The translations under genes were made by a program, and so were the position numbers. From IMG/VR virus record IMGVR_UViG_3300011989_000257, positions 32,001 to 96,000 of that record: a stretch of DNA of 64,000 nucleotides; one strand, 5' to 3'. Of the stretch, positions 1-9,203 are shown piece by piece (the first letter of the stretch is position 1; every line of letters starts with the position of its first letter). The notes under the pieces were generated by a model. That model ran no database searches, was not told the DNA's origin, and saw nothing but the letters and a program-made list of their open reading frames with translations. The stretch comes from a virus. Its lineage: Duplodnaviria > Caudoviricetes.

Positions 1-560
1 AACTGTATATATGCTGGGTCTATATCATTGAACATTATATTCCCAATTAAACCTCTCTCTCTTGATATGGATGGTTCTGTACGTATACCAGCACGTATAT
101 CAACCTCACTCTTTTTGGTAGCCTCATCATACTTCAAAGTCACGTCTTCTGAGCCTCTGCCAATAACCGATATATCTTCATTGTTAGGAAATGCCCCTCT
201 AGACATATCGAAATTGGATATCTTCTCTATAGGGTTAAACTCAAAGTTCTTGAACGTAGATGTAGAATCTTCTTTTTTATCATAGGTCATATACTGTGGT
301 TGCGCAATAACTGGGCCTATATAGTATCTCTGAGATTGATTATTATCAGTTTCCTCAGTTATAATCAACACAGCTTCGCCAACTTTAGGTAACACATGAA
401 AAACTTTTGGCATCAGTGGAAAAGCCCAAGGAATATCTTCGAGCTTCTTTGGTTTATCTTCAGTGAGTTCGGCTCTAACTCTCATTCCATCAGAACCACC
501 TTTCGAATATACATTCTCAACTTCTCTCACCTTACCAACCTTAACAACTAATTCACTCAT
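1..560 (-). CDS. baseplate central spike protein, gp5/VgrG-type N-terminal OB-fold (partial, runs off the window)
   Basis: Read manually (absent from ORF track): ATG at 560, MSELVVKVGKVREVENVYSKGGSDGMRVRAELTEDKPKKLEDIPWAFPLMPKVFHVLPKVGEAVLII; the RVR..PWA.P...PKVGE.V pattern is typical of gp5 OB domains. Confidence 0.7.
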   Translation of the reverse strand, partial: MSELVVKVGKVREVENVYSKGGSDGMRVRAELTEDKPKKLEDIPWAFPLMPKVFHVLPKVGEAVLIITEETDNNQSQRYYIGPVIAQPQYMTYDKKEDSTSTFKNFEFNPIEKISNFDMSRGAFPNNEDISVIGRGSEDVTLKYDEATKKSEVDIRAGIRTEPSISRERGLIGNIMFNDIDPAYIQ

Positions 561-762
561 CCTTTAAAATACCTCTCTTTTGTAATTCATCATTAGCCTC
601 ATTATATAAGGCATCAAGTTCTTGCAATTCATGAACCAATGAGATAATCTTATCTTTTTTAACATTGTATTCATTCTCGTAACCCATAATCTTAATATTG
701 ATTTCTGCATTACTTAATTTACTAAAATCTACTTTCTTTTTCCCCATAATTAAAATGCGCAT
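553..762 (-). CDS. small hypothetical coiled-coil protein (likely start MGKKK at 747)
   Basis: ORF coupled to its neighbours in a minus-strand operon. Confidence 0.6.
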   Translation of the reverse strand: MRILIMGKKKVDFSKLSNAEINIKIMGYENEYNVKKDKIISLVHELQELDALYNEANDELQKRGILKDE

Positions 763-1115
763 CCAAAACCCATTCCTGGAGTACCATTACCATATGGTGT
801 GGATTGCATGGTTCCAGGAGTTATTCCAACTTGTATTGACATATCATTTTTAATCCCTCTATATGTTTCCTTAGTCGAGGCAAACATAACGCCAACAGTT
901 AGATTAGCACTACCATCTGGCATTGGTCCAGTTGGTATACCAAGCCTATTTAAATCCTTAACGATATTAGCCACAGATTGAATGGTAGACAAACCAGGCC
1001 TACGTATCATCGAACATACCAACAATATCCTATTTATCTGTGGAAATGGCGGTCTCATGTTATTAAAGAAATTAGTAATTGTTTGACAAATTTGTTCTAT
1101 TCCCATATTCAACAT
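750..1115 (-). CDS. hypothetical protein, probably virion/baseplate associated
   Basis: 121-aa ORF in late operon upstream of spike gene. Confidence 0.6.
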   Translation of the reverse strand: MLNMGIEQICQTITNFFNNMRPPFPQINRILLVCSMIRRPGLSTIQSVANIVKDLNRLGIPTGPMPDGSANLTVGVMFASTKETYRGIKNDMSIQVGITPGTMQSTPYGNGTPGMGFGCAF

Positions 1116-3253
1116 TTTTTATTCGGCTTATCGCCACTTATTGTACTACTAACATCAATATCAGCATAGTCAACAGTGTCTAACTTTGTTTCAAGGTCTT
1201 GATTTCCAAAACTAAACCAAATCGATGGACAATTCCTAATTATATCGTTAATTGCTGCTGTGTAGTTTTCAATCTGCTCCCTTAATAGTATTGATTCCAT
1301 CATCTCCTTTAAAGGCTCTAGGAACTTTAAAACAAGTTTTAAAAGTTCTTGTATAACCAAGTCACGAACTTCCTTTACAATCGATATTATGATGCTCTGC
1401 ATAGATTTCATCAAGTCTTCAGCAGTAAATGCTTTCCAGCTGCCACCCATTATCTGTCTGTTAACTTCTAAAAGCATCATTACCTTTGGAGACAGTACTG
1501 CATTCATTATGGCTAATACAAGATTCTCAATTAAATCAAAAACGAAACCAAATTCTACACCGTATTTATCGCTTTCATCAACACCTTCTGATATTGTCAC
1601 TGATGCTTGCGTTATAGCACGACTTATAACATCAACTTGTTCTTCTAGAGTTGCGGCATCGTCATATTCTTCTAATATTTGCCTAACATTATCAAATGAT
1701 GCTGACTTATTAGTAGTGTTACCAAAATTATATTGCCTTGCTCTCCTCTCTTCACTAAGTCTTAACAAATGTTCATACTTAGAATTATCGAATGAAAAAT
1801 AACAATCTTCAACTGAAGAATCATCAGAATTAATAATATTCTTGACAATCTCTTTTATTCTATCTGTTGCTTCTTGATGTTTTTTACCTAACGCAAGATT
1901 AATACCTAGTCTAGTATTAACCAAAGTATCTAAAAGTGTTGTTGCCATGACTTTTGCATCAAACAATTTCATGCCCATCACATAGTCATAATTGAATTCA
2001 TAGACTGTCAAGCCTTTATAACACTCAACAAGATTCTTAACAACTTCACTCTTATCAACTACAGTCACATTACCACTTTTAGGGTCTATTTTAACGTTTC
2101 CGTCCAAATATTCTAGTAATGTACTATCTTCTACGTCTTGTATTGTGTATTTACCGTTTGGGTCATAATTACCTTTACTATCGAATAATAGTCTTTTAAA
2201 TCTCCAAGGTGGTTCTCCTTCGCTTAAGTTTGGTATATGTATTACTGGTTTCCTTAAAATCGTAAATTTGATGATATTATTAACCAACCCATTTGAAGGA
2301 TACAAGTTACTAGAGGCTGTGTCTATATATTGTAAATTACATATACCTCTTTCCTTAGAAAAATCCCTACCTTCAAAATTTTTCTTACCAAAGCCAAGAT
2401 TCTTCGTTAGTTGGTCTGCACGCCTAATATACCAATTAACACTACAAATGTCATCAGACACTGGAACCAACGTATTACTCACAATCGTATTTCCGCTATC
2501 ATATTTCCTATCGATACACATAGATATTGGAGAATGTTGATTGTTATACTTAAACGTGTTGCCCAACAATATATTTGACGCTGTTTTACTAGTATTAACA
2601 GTTGCTGTCAACACATCCAATAGAGTACCATCACTAGGTGTAACTGTCATTTCGCCTAATCCATGTATACTATCAGAAAAACTATCAAAATTATCAAGTT
2701 CTGATGCATTAGGAAACTTACCTTTATGCATAACGAACCATATAAAGGCATCAAAGTCCTCTGCTCTTGCAAACTTGTATACGTCATTAATACCCTCAAG
2801 ACCAAAGTACATGTCCTTACCAAAGATACTAAGTGGATTTTCTGAAAGTTTATCCAAGAAATCAATCGACTCTACACTGATATCAATTCCATATCCTTCG
2901 ACCATAGCACTTTCGCATTTTAGCCTTTTTCTATACTTTTCTGGAATTCTAGGGTCAACTGAACAAGATACCATATTTTTAAGATTAGTCAACAAGATGG
3001 CTTTAACTGCTATTTCTAATACTGGAAGTATATATATCAGAAAATTAGCAAGATAATCCCTAAGTTCTTCATAAGTAACGCCTAAATGCTTTAACAACTG
3101 CAAAATGAATCCTATTGGATTTGTTGCAAATGTTAAAGATAACTTAGGAGATTCAAGCATGATGCCCATTATCACCAAAACCTTATCAACCATTGCTTTG
3201 GCAGTATCTATACTTGCCATTGCTTCTTGTTGCTTATCCTTAATGTTACTCAT
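1109..3253 (-). CDS. large hypothetical protein, probably structural
   Basis: 714-aa ORF, stop/start overlap with 3253..3654, late operon. Confidence 0.7.
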   Translation of the reverse strand: MSNIKDKQQEAMASIDTAKAMVDKVLVIMGIMLESPKLSLTFATNPIGFILQLLKHLGVTYEELRDYLANFLIYILPVLEIAVKAILLTNLKNMVSCSVDPRIPEKYRKRLKCESAMVEGYGIDISVESIDFLDKLSENPLSIFGKDMYFGLEGINDVYKFARAEDFDAFIWFVMHKGKFPNASELDNFDSFSDSIHGLGEMTVTPSDGTLLDVLTATVNTSKTASNILLGNTFKYNNQHSPISMCIDRKYDSGNTIVSNTLVPVSDDICSVNWYIRRADQLTKNLGFGKKNFEGRDFSKERGICNLQYIDTASSNLYPSNGLVNNIIKFTILRKPVIHIPNLSEGEPPWRFKRLLFDSKGNYDPNGKYTIQDVEDSTLLEYLDGNVKIDPKSGNVTVVDKSEVVKNLVECYKGLTVYEFNYDYVMGMKLFDAKVMATTLLDTLVNTRLGINLALGKKHQEATDRIKEIVKNIINSDDSSVEDCYFSFDNSKYEHLLRLSEERRARQYNFGNTTNKSASFDNVRQILEEYDDAATLEEQVDVISRAITQASVTISEGVDESDKYGVEFGFVFDLIENLVLAIMNAVLSPKVMMLLEVNRQIMGGSWKAFTAEDLMKSMQSIIISIVKEVRDLVIQELLKLVLKFLEPLKEMMESILLREQIENYTAAINDIIRNCPSIWFSFGNQDLETKLDTVDYADIDVSSTISGDKPNKKC

Positions 3254-3654
3254 TATTTCTTGTTAAGCTGTATTGTTTTAGTCTTTTCTTTATCTTCGTA
3301 TGACTCATCAATCATCTTTTTGATATCATCAAAATTGAAATCCATACCTTTACTCTGTGTTCCATTTTCAAGAGCTTCTTTGACATCACCATTGTGATTA
3401 TGGATGTCAGTAAGTATCTTTGCAATATCTATTTTTTTAGATATAGCCTTATCTTTTACACCTAGATAATCATTTATTATTTTACCATATTTAGCCTTTC
3501 CATCAATTGATTCTTCTTGCAATTGAGTTGCGTTAGCCATCTTATTGATTTCGTTTTGCGCTTGGATTATCTGTTCATCCGCTAAATTATAGGCATTTTG
3601 AAGCAAATCCCTAATATTCTGGATGTCATTTATTTCTATTTTAAGTTTACCCAT
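3253..3654 (-). CDS. helical hypothetical protein (possible small terminase-like; unproven)
   Basis: 133-aa helical ORF directly after an ATATTTAT late motif. Confidence 0.55.
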   Translation of the reverse strand: MGKLKIEINDIQNIRDLLQNAYNLADEQIIQAQNEINKMANATQLQEESIDGKAKYGKIINDYLGVKDKAISKKIDIAKILTDIHNHNGDVKEALENGTQSKGMDFNFDDIKKMIDESYEDKEKTKTIQLNKK

Positions 3655-3678
3655 ATCCTATAAATATTACAACTCGAA

Positions 3679-4467
3679 TTATTCATTAATAAGTTCCCAC
3701 TTTACTTCATAATATTTTTTCTTATATATTTTCAAAGCATCCCTTATTTCCTTTGTATTCAATAATGTGGACTCTTTTAAAAAGAGTAGAATGGAACTCT
3801 TATTGAATTTATTACTTCCCATTTCCGCAAAAATATCATCCCAATTCGTCATTAGATTGATTAAAGTAGTCCCAACCTTAATTTCATTTTCAGTAAGCTT
3901 AAACCTTTCCTTGTCATTTAGAATCAACTTTATATTTTTAACAGTGCTACCAGTAAGTTCAGAAAGAAATGTTTTTCTAGGGTCTAAATCATCATAAGAA
4001 AATTTTAAACTATCATTAACATTCAAAGTCTCTTCTGAAGGACTATCGTATGACGAATTTCTCTTCTGAGTCTTTATAAACTGATTAATCTTATATATAA
4101 GATAATTCTTACATATTGTACCACAATAAGAATAAGCTTTATAGCCGCTATTAGGGTCGAAACATGATAGCTTGGTCATAAGGAACGACATTGTATCTTT
4201 AAATGTCTCATCAAATTCTTCATCTGGTGGATAAAGATTATACCTTCTTATGATTGATTCTATCATTTTCGTAAAGGCTGGTTTAAGTACCTCATTGAAA
4301 ATCTTATTCTTTTCTTTTTCATTGTCACATGAAATATAATCGGCAACAGCCTTTTCTTGTTCAGCACAAAAATAATAATTCTTTTTGTTTGGATTTGGCT
4401 TTCTACCTCTCTTTTTCTTTTGAGGCTCTTGAACAATAATTGTTTCCTCTGTCTTAACTTCTTCCAT
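3679..4467 (-). CDS. phage late-transcription sigma factor, T4 gp55-like
   Basis: NYYF N-terminal motif and sigma region-2-like segment FLMTKLSCFDPNSGYKAYSYCGTICKNYLI. Confidence 0.75.
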   Translation of the reverse strand: MEEVKTEETIIVQEPQKKKRGRKPNPNKKNYYFCAEQEKAVADYISCDNEKEKNKIFNEVLKPAFTKMIESIIRRYNLYPPDEEFDETFKDTMSFLMTKLSCFDPNSGYKAYSYCGTICKNYLIYKINQFIKTQKRNSSYDSPSEETLNVNDSLKFSYDDLDPRKTFLSELTGSTVKNIKLILNDKERFKLTENEIKVGTTLINLMTNWDDIFAEMGSNKFNKSSILLFLKESTLLNTKEIRDALKIYKKKYYEVKWELINE

Positions 4468-4614
4468 TGATTAGATATTTATATTTGGGGGATATCCCTC
4501 AATTAGTTTATATTTTAATACTAAATATCACATCAAAGGCAAATCTGTGCAAAAACAGCACACTTTCTTTCACATTTCCAATCGGAAATCTCCGTGTGCC
4601 ATAATGATGTTGTT

Positions 4615-4649
4615 AAAAAATGGCATTAACCATCATAATTAATGCCATT
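4615..4649 (-). terminator. intrinsic terminator hairpin
   Basis: AATGGCATTAA-9nt-TTAATGCCATT followed by a T-run on the minus strand. Confidence 0.7.
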
Positions 4650-4659
4650 ATATGTTTTT

Positions 4660-5088
4660 TTATCTTGCAATTGTGTATGTTATCCAATCTTTATCTTTAT
4701 CTATCTGAGACACCCTATCAAATAATATGATAGGCCATTCGCCACGCCCAAAATAGTTTCTTTCTACATTAAACATACCATTTTCAAATGCTTTATCACA
4801 TTCCTCAAACGTATCTCTAAAACGTTCAAGAGTATCACCATTTTTTAGTATGGGTTTAACTTCTATTCCATAATGTTTTAACATTATATCATACATAACC
4901 AACCCACCCTTAAAAAACGGATAAAGACTCTTAATAAAATCCAATTTTATTGATAAATCTTTATATATCATCTCTAAGACAACTTCATTTGAGGTGTTTT
5001 TATCCACAGAAAATATAGATATTCTTTTACCTAAAATCTCTCTATCATATTTATTCATTTTCTTCTGCATTTTTCTTGTATTCCTCAT
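4660..5088 (-). CDS. hypothetical protein
   Basis: 142-aa ORF with A-rich upstream region. Confidence 0.6.
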   Translation of the reverse strand: MRNTRKMQKKMNKYDREILGKRISIFSVDKNTSNEVVLEMIYKDLSIKLDFIKSLYPFFKGGLVMYDIMLKHYGIEVKPILKNGDTLERFRDTFEECDKAFENGMFNVERNYFGRGEWPIILFDRVSQIDKDKDWITYTIAR

Positions 5089-5099
5089 AAGTTTTATTT

Positions 5100-5243
5100 C
5101 TATGGTATATGTGCCACATTATTCCCATAATATAATGTAAACGTTTTAGTGAGAAAATGAAGTGAAAACCAATGGTTTTTCATCCAATCACACCCAATAT
5201 ACCACCAACTATTTGGGGCATTATAGCATCTTAATTTTATCAT
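5100..5243 (-). CDS. small aromatic-rich hypothetical protein (47 aa, below ORF-track cutoff)
   Basis: MIKLRCYNAPNSWWYIGCDWMKNHWFSLHFLTKTFTLYYGNNVAHIP*; fills the gap between 5088 and 5221. Confidence 0.5.
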   Translation of the reverse strand: MIKLRCYNAPNSWWYIGCDWMKNHWFSLHFLTKTFTLYYGNNVAHIP

Positions 5244-6354
5244 ATTTTTTTATCTCTTCTAAAAGTTTATCAGTGTTTTTAATTAATTGTTCACCTAAAA
5301 ATAAATCATAATCTTCGTGAGTATAATACAATATTTTAACGTTATGTTCTTTACAAAGTTCTTTTTTATTTTTATCTAATTCTTTTTGGCGTTTTAATTT
5401 CTTATTACCTCCCCAATTTTTCACAATGTCAAAATGCTGTATTCCTTGACATTCAACAGCAACATTATATTCTGGTAAATAAAAATCTAAACTTTGTAAA
5501 CCTAGCCAGTTAAATCTTTTTTGCCTTTCTACAATAAAAGACATTTTGTCAAAAAAACTATTTATTTCTTCTTCAAGCAAACTTTCTTTGCACATTGGAC
5601 AACCATTCCCATCTATATGACTAAATGGCCTCTGCCAGAATTCTCCGTGTTTTGGGCATATTATACACACTTTAGTTGTCGAATCCACATATTTAACTTT
5701 AGAATAATCGTATTTGTTGTTATGAACGATTTTGGATTGTTCAAGAAAATTATTGATTTTATTTTCTTTAATACAGTTAGGACAATTACCACCTTTCAAA
5801 TGAACAGTAGGAGTTTGCCAAAACTCACCGTGTTCTGGACAAATAATACAAACTTCTTTTTTACTGTGAATATATTCCACTTTTGAGTAGTCATATTTAT
5901 CTCCGTGAACTTCTTTGGCTCTATTTACAAATGTAGTCGTATCATATACTTTCTCATTGCATTTTTTACACCCAAAGCCATTTAAGTGTGAATAAGGAAC
6001 TTGCCAAAACTCACCGTGAACTGGGCATATTATACACACTTTTGTTCGGTTATTAATATAATCAACTTTTGAGTAATCATACTTATCACCGTGAACCTCC
6101 CTAGCCCTCCTTATAAATTCATCTTTTCCGTCTCTAAAAACATCACCCCTAGTTATATTGGCACACTTTGGACAATCTTGCCCTTTAAGGTGATTATGCG
6201 GTGTTTGCCAGAATTCACCATGTTTAGGGCATATTATGCATACTTTTTCATGCATTTTTTTATATTCTACTCTTGAGTAGTCATACTTGTCACCGTGAAC
6301 CTCCTTAGCTCTATCAACAAACTCTTTATTAGTAATTTTCCTTAACATAGACAT
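5221..6354 (-). CDS. free-standing homing-endonuclease-like protein: four Zn-ribbon repeats plus C-terminal PD-(D/E)XK/Vsr-like nuclease
   Basis: 4x HGDKYDYSKV.Y.....VCIICP.HGEFWQ.P..H..G..C..C repeats; C-terminal LDFYLPEYNVAVECQGIQH; own ATATTTAT motif at 6365. Confidence 0.8.
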   Translation of the reverse strand: MSMLRKITNKEFVDRAKEVHGDKYDYSRVEYKKMHEKVCIICPKHGEFWQTPHNHLKGQDCPKCANITRGDVFRDGKDEFIRRAREVHGDKYDYSKVDYINNRTKVCIICPVHGEFWQVPYSHLNGFGCKKCNEKVYDTTTFVNRAKEVHGDKYDYSKVEYIHSKKEVCIICPEHGEFWQTPTVHLKGGNCPNCIKENKINNFLEQSKIVHNNKYDYSKVKYVDSTTKVCIICPKHGEFWQRPFSHIDGNGCPMCKESLLEEEINSFFDKMSFIVERQKRFNWLGLQSLDFYLPEYNVAVECQGIQHFDIVKNWGGNKKLKRQKELDKNKKELCKEHNVKILYYTHEDYDLFLGEQLIKNTDKLLEEIKKYDKIKML

Positions 6355-6398
6355 ATTTTTATATATAAATATTAAATTAGTTAAGAAAAACCACCATT

Positions 6399-7190
6399 TT
6401 ACTCTGTTTTTTCGCCTTTAAAAATGAATTTATCTTTATCACGTTTAACACTTGGGTGAAACAAATATTCACGTTTTGCCAAATCAAACCACCACTGTGA
6501 TTCCTCACCACTTACAGTTTCCTTATAGATATTTACAAGAGAACCCTTTCTATCAAGGGTATGGTTATATCCAACCTTTGGAATGACGAATACTTTTTTA
6601 CCTTTATTTGTTAGACGAAGAAGCCACTCATACCAGAATGTAACTTTGATTGAAGGCTTTAACCCACCAACTTCTTGCCAATCCTTAATGTTGAATACCG
6701 AACCAGTTAGATAGAAATCAAAATAATTTCGCAAACAATCATGGTCAATATAACCAATCTCATTGGAAAAAGATGAAGCCCAAGCAGCCTCATTTCCGAA
6801 ACCTATATACTTTCCATTATTAAAGTCTGTAATATCCTCAAGAGTCATAAATACACTTGTATCTGGCATAAATTCCACATACTTCTTTACGTTCGGCAAC
6901 CAAATTGGTGTATACGTATCATCAAACTCAAGGATTGAGAACCACTTGAAATCATTTGCTACTGCATCTACAGCAGCATTTACAAGGTCAGCAAACGTTG
7001 TACCATCACCCTCTGAGATAATACGTAGTACACTGCTTGGAATGTTCTTAATCTTAGCCTCTGAAGTACCATTTGGTACTGAAAGACAAACTGTAACTCC
7101 CTCTGGAACACTTTTAATTGCCTTATTAGCAAGTTCTATATTTTCCTTACCAAATTCATGCATTGGTATTATCACTACTAGTTCCTTCAT
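6399..7190 (-). CDS. glycosyltransferase, GT-A fold (family 2-like)
   Basis: N-terminal LVVIIPMH, ILEFDD (DxD-like), WQEVGGLK, YEWLLRL...VIPKVGYNH. Confidence 0.7.
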   Translation of the reverse strand: MKELVVIIPMHEFGKENIELANKAIKSVPEGVTVCLSVPNGTSEAKIKNIPSSVLRIISEGDGTTFADLVNAAVDAVANDFKWFSILEFDDTYTPIWLPNVKKYVEFMPDTSVFMTLEDITDFNNGKYIGFGNEAAWASSFSNEIGYIDHDCLRNYFDFYLTGSVFNIKDWQEVGGLKPSIKVTFWYEWLLRLTNKGKKVFVIPKVGYNHTLDRKGSLVNIYKETVSGEESQWWFDLAKREYLFHPSVKRDKDKFIFKGEKTE

Positions 7191-7794
7191 TCTTTAACTC
7201 TTCTTTTTTCTTATTAATTATTTCATAAAGTTTATCTGTATATTTCTTCTTGATAACTTCATCATCCTCGTCTGGATTCTTAAACTTTTCTATAATCATT
7301 TCACTAACGTAATATACAGCCTCTGCTTCAAGGTCAACATTCGCATATTTCCTATGCCAAGGATAATTAGGGTCATCATGCGTAAGAGGATTTAACTTGT
7401 CTGCCAACTCGATAAAATCATTAGAATTAAAAATCTTACAATATTTTATAAATTTTTGGAAATCAAACTCATTTGGTTCTAAACAGCTAAGTACCTTCCT
7501 TGTCAAAGGAAATCCTACAGTTTCAAAAGAACCATCTTTCTTAAATAATCTATCTGTCTGGTCATCCTCACAAAAGATTAAAAAGATTGCAAGTTGTTCA
7601 TATGCATATGCCAATTCTTCCTTACGTTCTTCTGGAAATCCTTCAGTAAATCCCAATTGCGCCCATCTATCAGCAATTTGCTTTATTTTCTCATCAAGTT
7701 TACCACTTTTCTTTGCTTGAGCGTAAGTATGAATGCATATTCCCTTATCTGGATGTATATTCCCCACGCAACCACTTTCTAAAAATTCCTTCAT
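7156..7794 (-). CDS. truncated paralog of the major capsid protein (mini-MCP)
   Basis: Blocks MKEFLESGCVGNI, RWAQLGFTEGFPE, GSFETVGFPLTRKVLS and VDLEAEAVYYVSE align with the MCP at 43574..45604. Confidence 0.8.
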   Translation of the reverse strand: MKEFLESGCVGNIHPDKGICIHTYAQAKKSGKLDEKIKQIADRWAQLGFTEGFPEERKEELAYAYEQLAIFLIFCEDDQTDRLFKKDGSFETVGFPLTRKVLSCLEPNEFDFQKFIKYCKIFNSNDFIELADKLNPLTHDDPNYPWHRKYANVDLEAEAVYYVSEMIIEKFKNPDEDDEVIKKKYTDKLYEIINKKKEELKNEGTSSDNTNA

Positions 7795-7795
7795 A

Positions 7796-8875
7796 CTACT
7801 CCTTCTTAGATTTAACTTGTATTAATAACTCTTCCATTTCCTTCTTTCTCCTATCGAGAACATCTCTAATATAAGCCAATATGTCAGCCTTTGTACCGTC
7901 TTCAGTAAACTCATCGACAATCTTCTTGGTCTCTTCAGCAAGTATTGCTGGTACTTTATCAGTAATCCAAGAACGAACAACGCTTGCAATCTGTTTATGA
8001 AGGGTGTCATAGTCATTGAACCATACGCAACAATTTGGTAATTCATCACCACTAGCCCAATCGACAGTTGTTGTAGGTACTTTGACCATTGTGATACTTC
8101 CACTCTTCATTGCCTCAAGTGCTGAATACATAAAACTTGCAGTTTCATCAACAACAATTGTAATAGCGCCTTCTCTTAATTCCTTTGCAAACTCTTCTTT
8201 TGACAAGTTCCTAAGTTCCTTAAATGAAACCCACTTAAAATGCGGATATTTCCAATAGAATGGTTTAACAATCCTCTTAATATCACTCTGGTCTTTTGCA
8301 ATAACATTAATCACCATTTTCTTTGGCTCAATCGTAGTACCGAATATCTTTGAAATAAATGGTCTTACCTTCCTAAGTTTTACATAAGGAAAAGCCTCAT
8401 TAAGTTCTGCTGCTTGATAGTCTGAATTGGTAATACCCTCCATAATACCGAAATCACCCCATTGCGCAGCATAAGGCATCTGCTCAACCACATAGTCATA
8501 ATTCTGTAGAATTGCAACCTTCTTACAAGGAAGATTCCTTGTCTGATTCATGACTTGTGAGAAAATCTCTGGAATGAACAATACATCACTCGGTGATGTA
8601 CCAACCTCGCCTTTATTGACATTGTAATGTGGTAAATTGGTGTATTCCTCACCTAGCCATGCGCCAACACCAACAAATTCCTCTTCAGTATGCAGCATGC
8701 TGACATCATATCCTTCATTCTTTAAGATAAGTGCTAAATTGTAAATATATTCAAGCGAACCCGACGGAACACCTTTACTATCTATGACGAAGAAATATAT
8801 TCTGTTCTCTTTCTTATCTATCTTAGAAATCTCTTTCTCGATGTTTTCAATTACTTTTAAATCTTTATCACTCAT
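7796..8875 (-). CDS. glycosyltransferase-like protein, GT-B fold
   Basis: GSLEYIYNLALILKNEGYDVSMLH, DVLFIPE, DETASFMYSALEAMKSG (E-x7-E-like region with LEAMxxG). Confidence 0.65.
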   Translation of the reverse strand: MSDKDLKVIENIEKEISKIDKKENRIYFFVIDSKGVPSGSLEYIYNLALILKNEGYDVSMLHTEEEFVGVGAWLGEEYTNLPHYNVNKGEVGTSPSDVLFIPEIFSQVMNQTRNLPCKKVAILQNYDYVVEQMPYAAQWGDFGIMEGITNSDYQAAELNEAFPYVKLRKVRPFISKIFGTTIEPKKMVINVIAKDQSDIKRIVKPFYWKYPHFKWVSFKELRNLSKEEFAKELREGAITIVVDETASFMYSALEAMKSGSITMVKVPTTTVDWASGDELPNCCVWFNDYDTLHKQIASVVRSWITDKVPAILAEETKKIVDEFTEDGTKADILAYIRDVLDRRKKEMEELLIQVKSKKE

Positions 8876-9203
8876 TGCTAACTTCGTTTACATCTTTTAT
8901 TAATTCATATGCCTTCAAGGTATTAAGTGTTATACTTTGTCCCATAGATAAGACCTTTGGGTCATCAATGGAGTCAAGAATATCAATGAACATTCTAATC
9001 ATATCATAACGAATAGTATTTTGTCCAGTATAATCATTAACTTTAACCTCCTTCATTTCCCTTGTATTAGGTATCATTTTCTCTGTTTCCCTATCATAAA
9101 TAAAAGAGTCAGTTATCTCAACCTCATTTGTTTTATCATTTGGGTTGCCAAATATAAAACTTGTAATATTATCCAAATCAAAAATATATGATGTATTTGT
9201 CAT
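8868..9203 (-). CDS. hypothetical protein
   Basis: 111-aa ORF overlapping both neighbours in the operon. Confidence 0.65.
   Translation of the reverse strand: MTNTSYIFDLDNITSFIFGNPNDKTNEVEITDSFIYDRETEKMIPNTREMKEVKVNDYTGQNTIRYDMIRMFIDILDSIDDPKVLSMGQSITLNTLKAYELIKDVNEVSNE

Noticed and set aside
5560-6330. Regularly spaced DNA repeats resembling a CRISPR array or DGR template/variable repeats
   Set aside because: They are in-frame, degenerate Zn-ribbon coding repeats of the endonuclease; no identical repeat-spacer structure and no reverse transcriptase or cas gene in the window.
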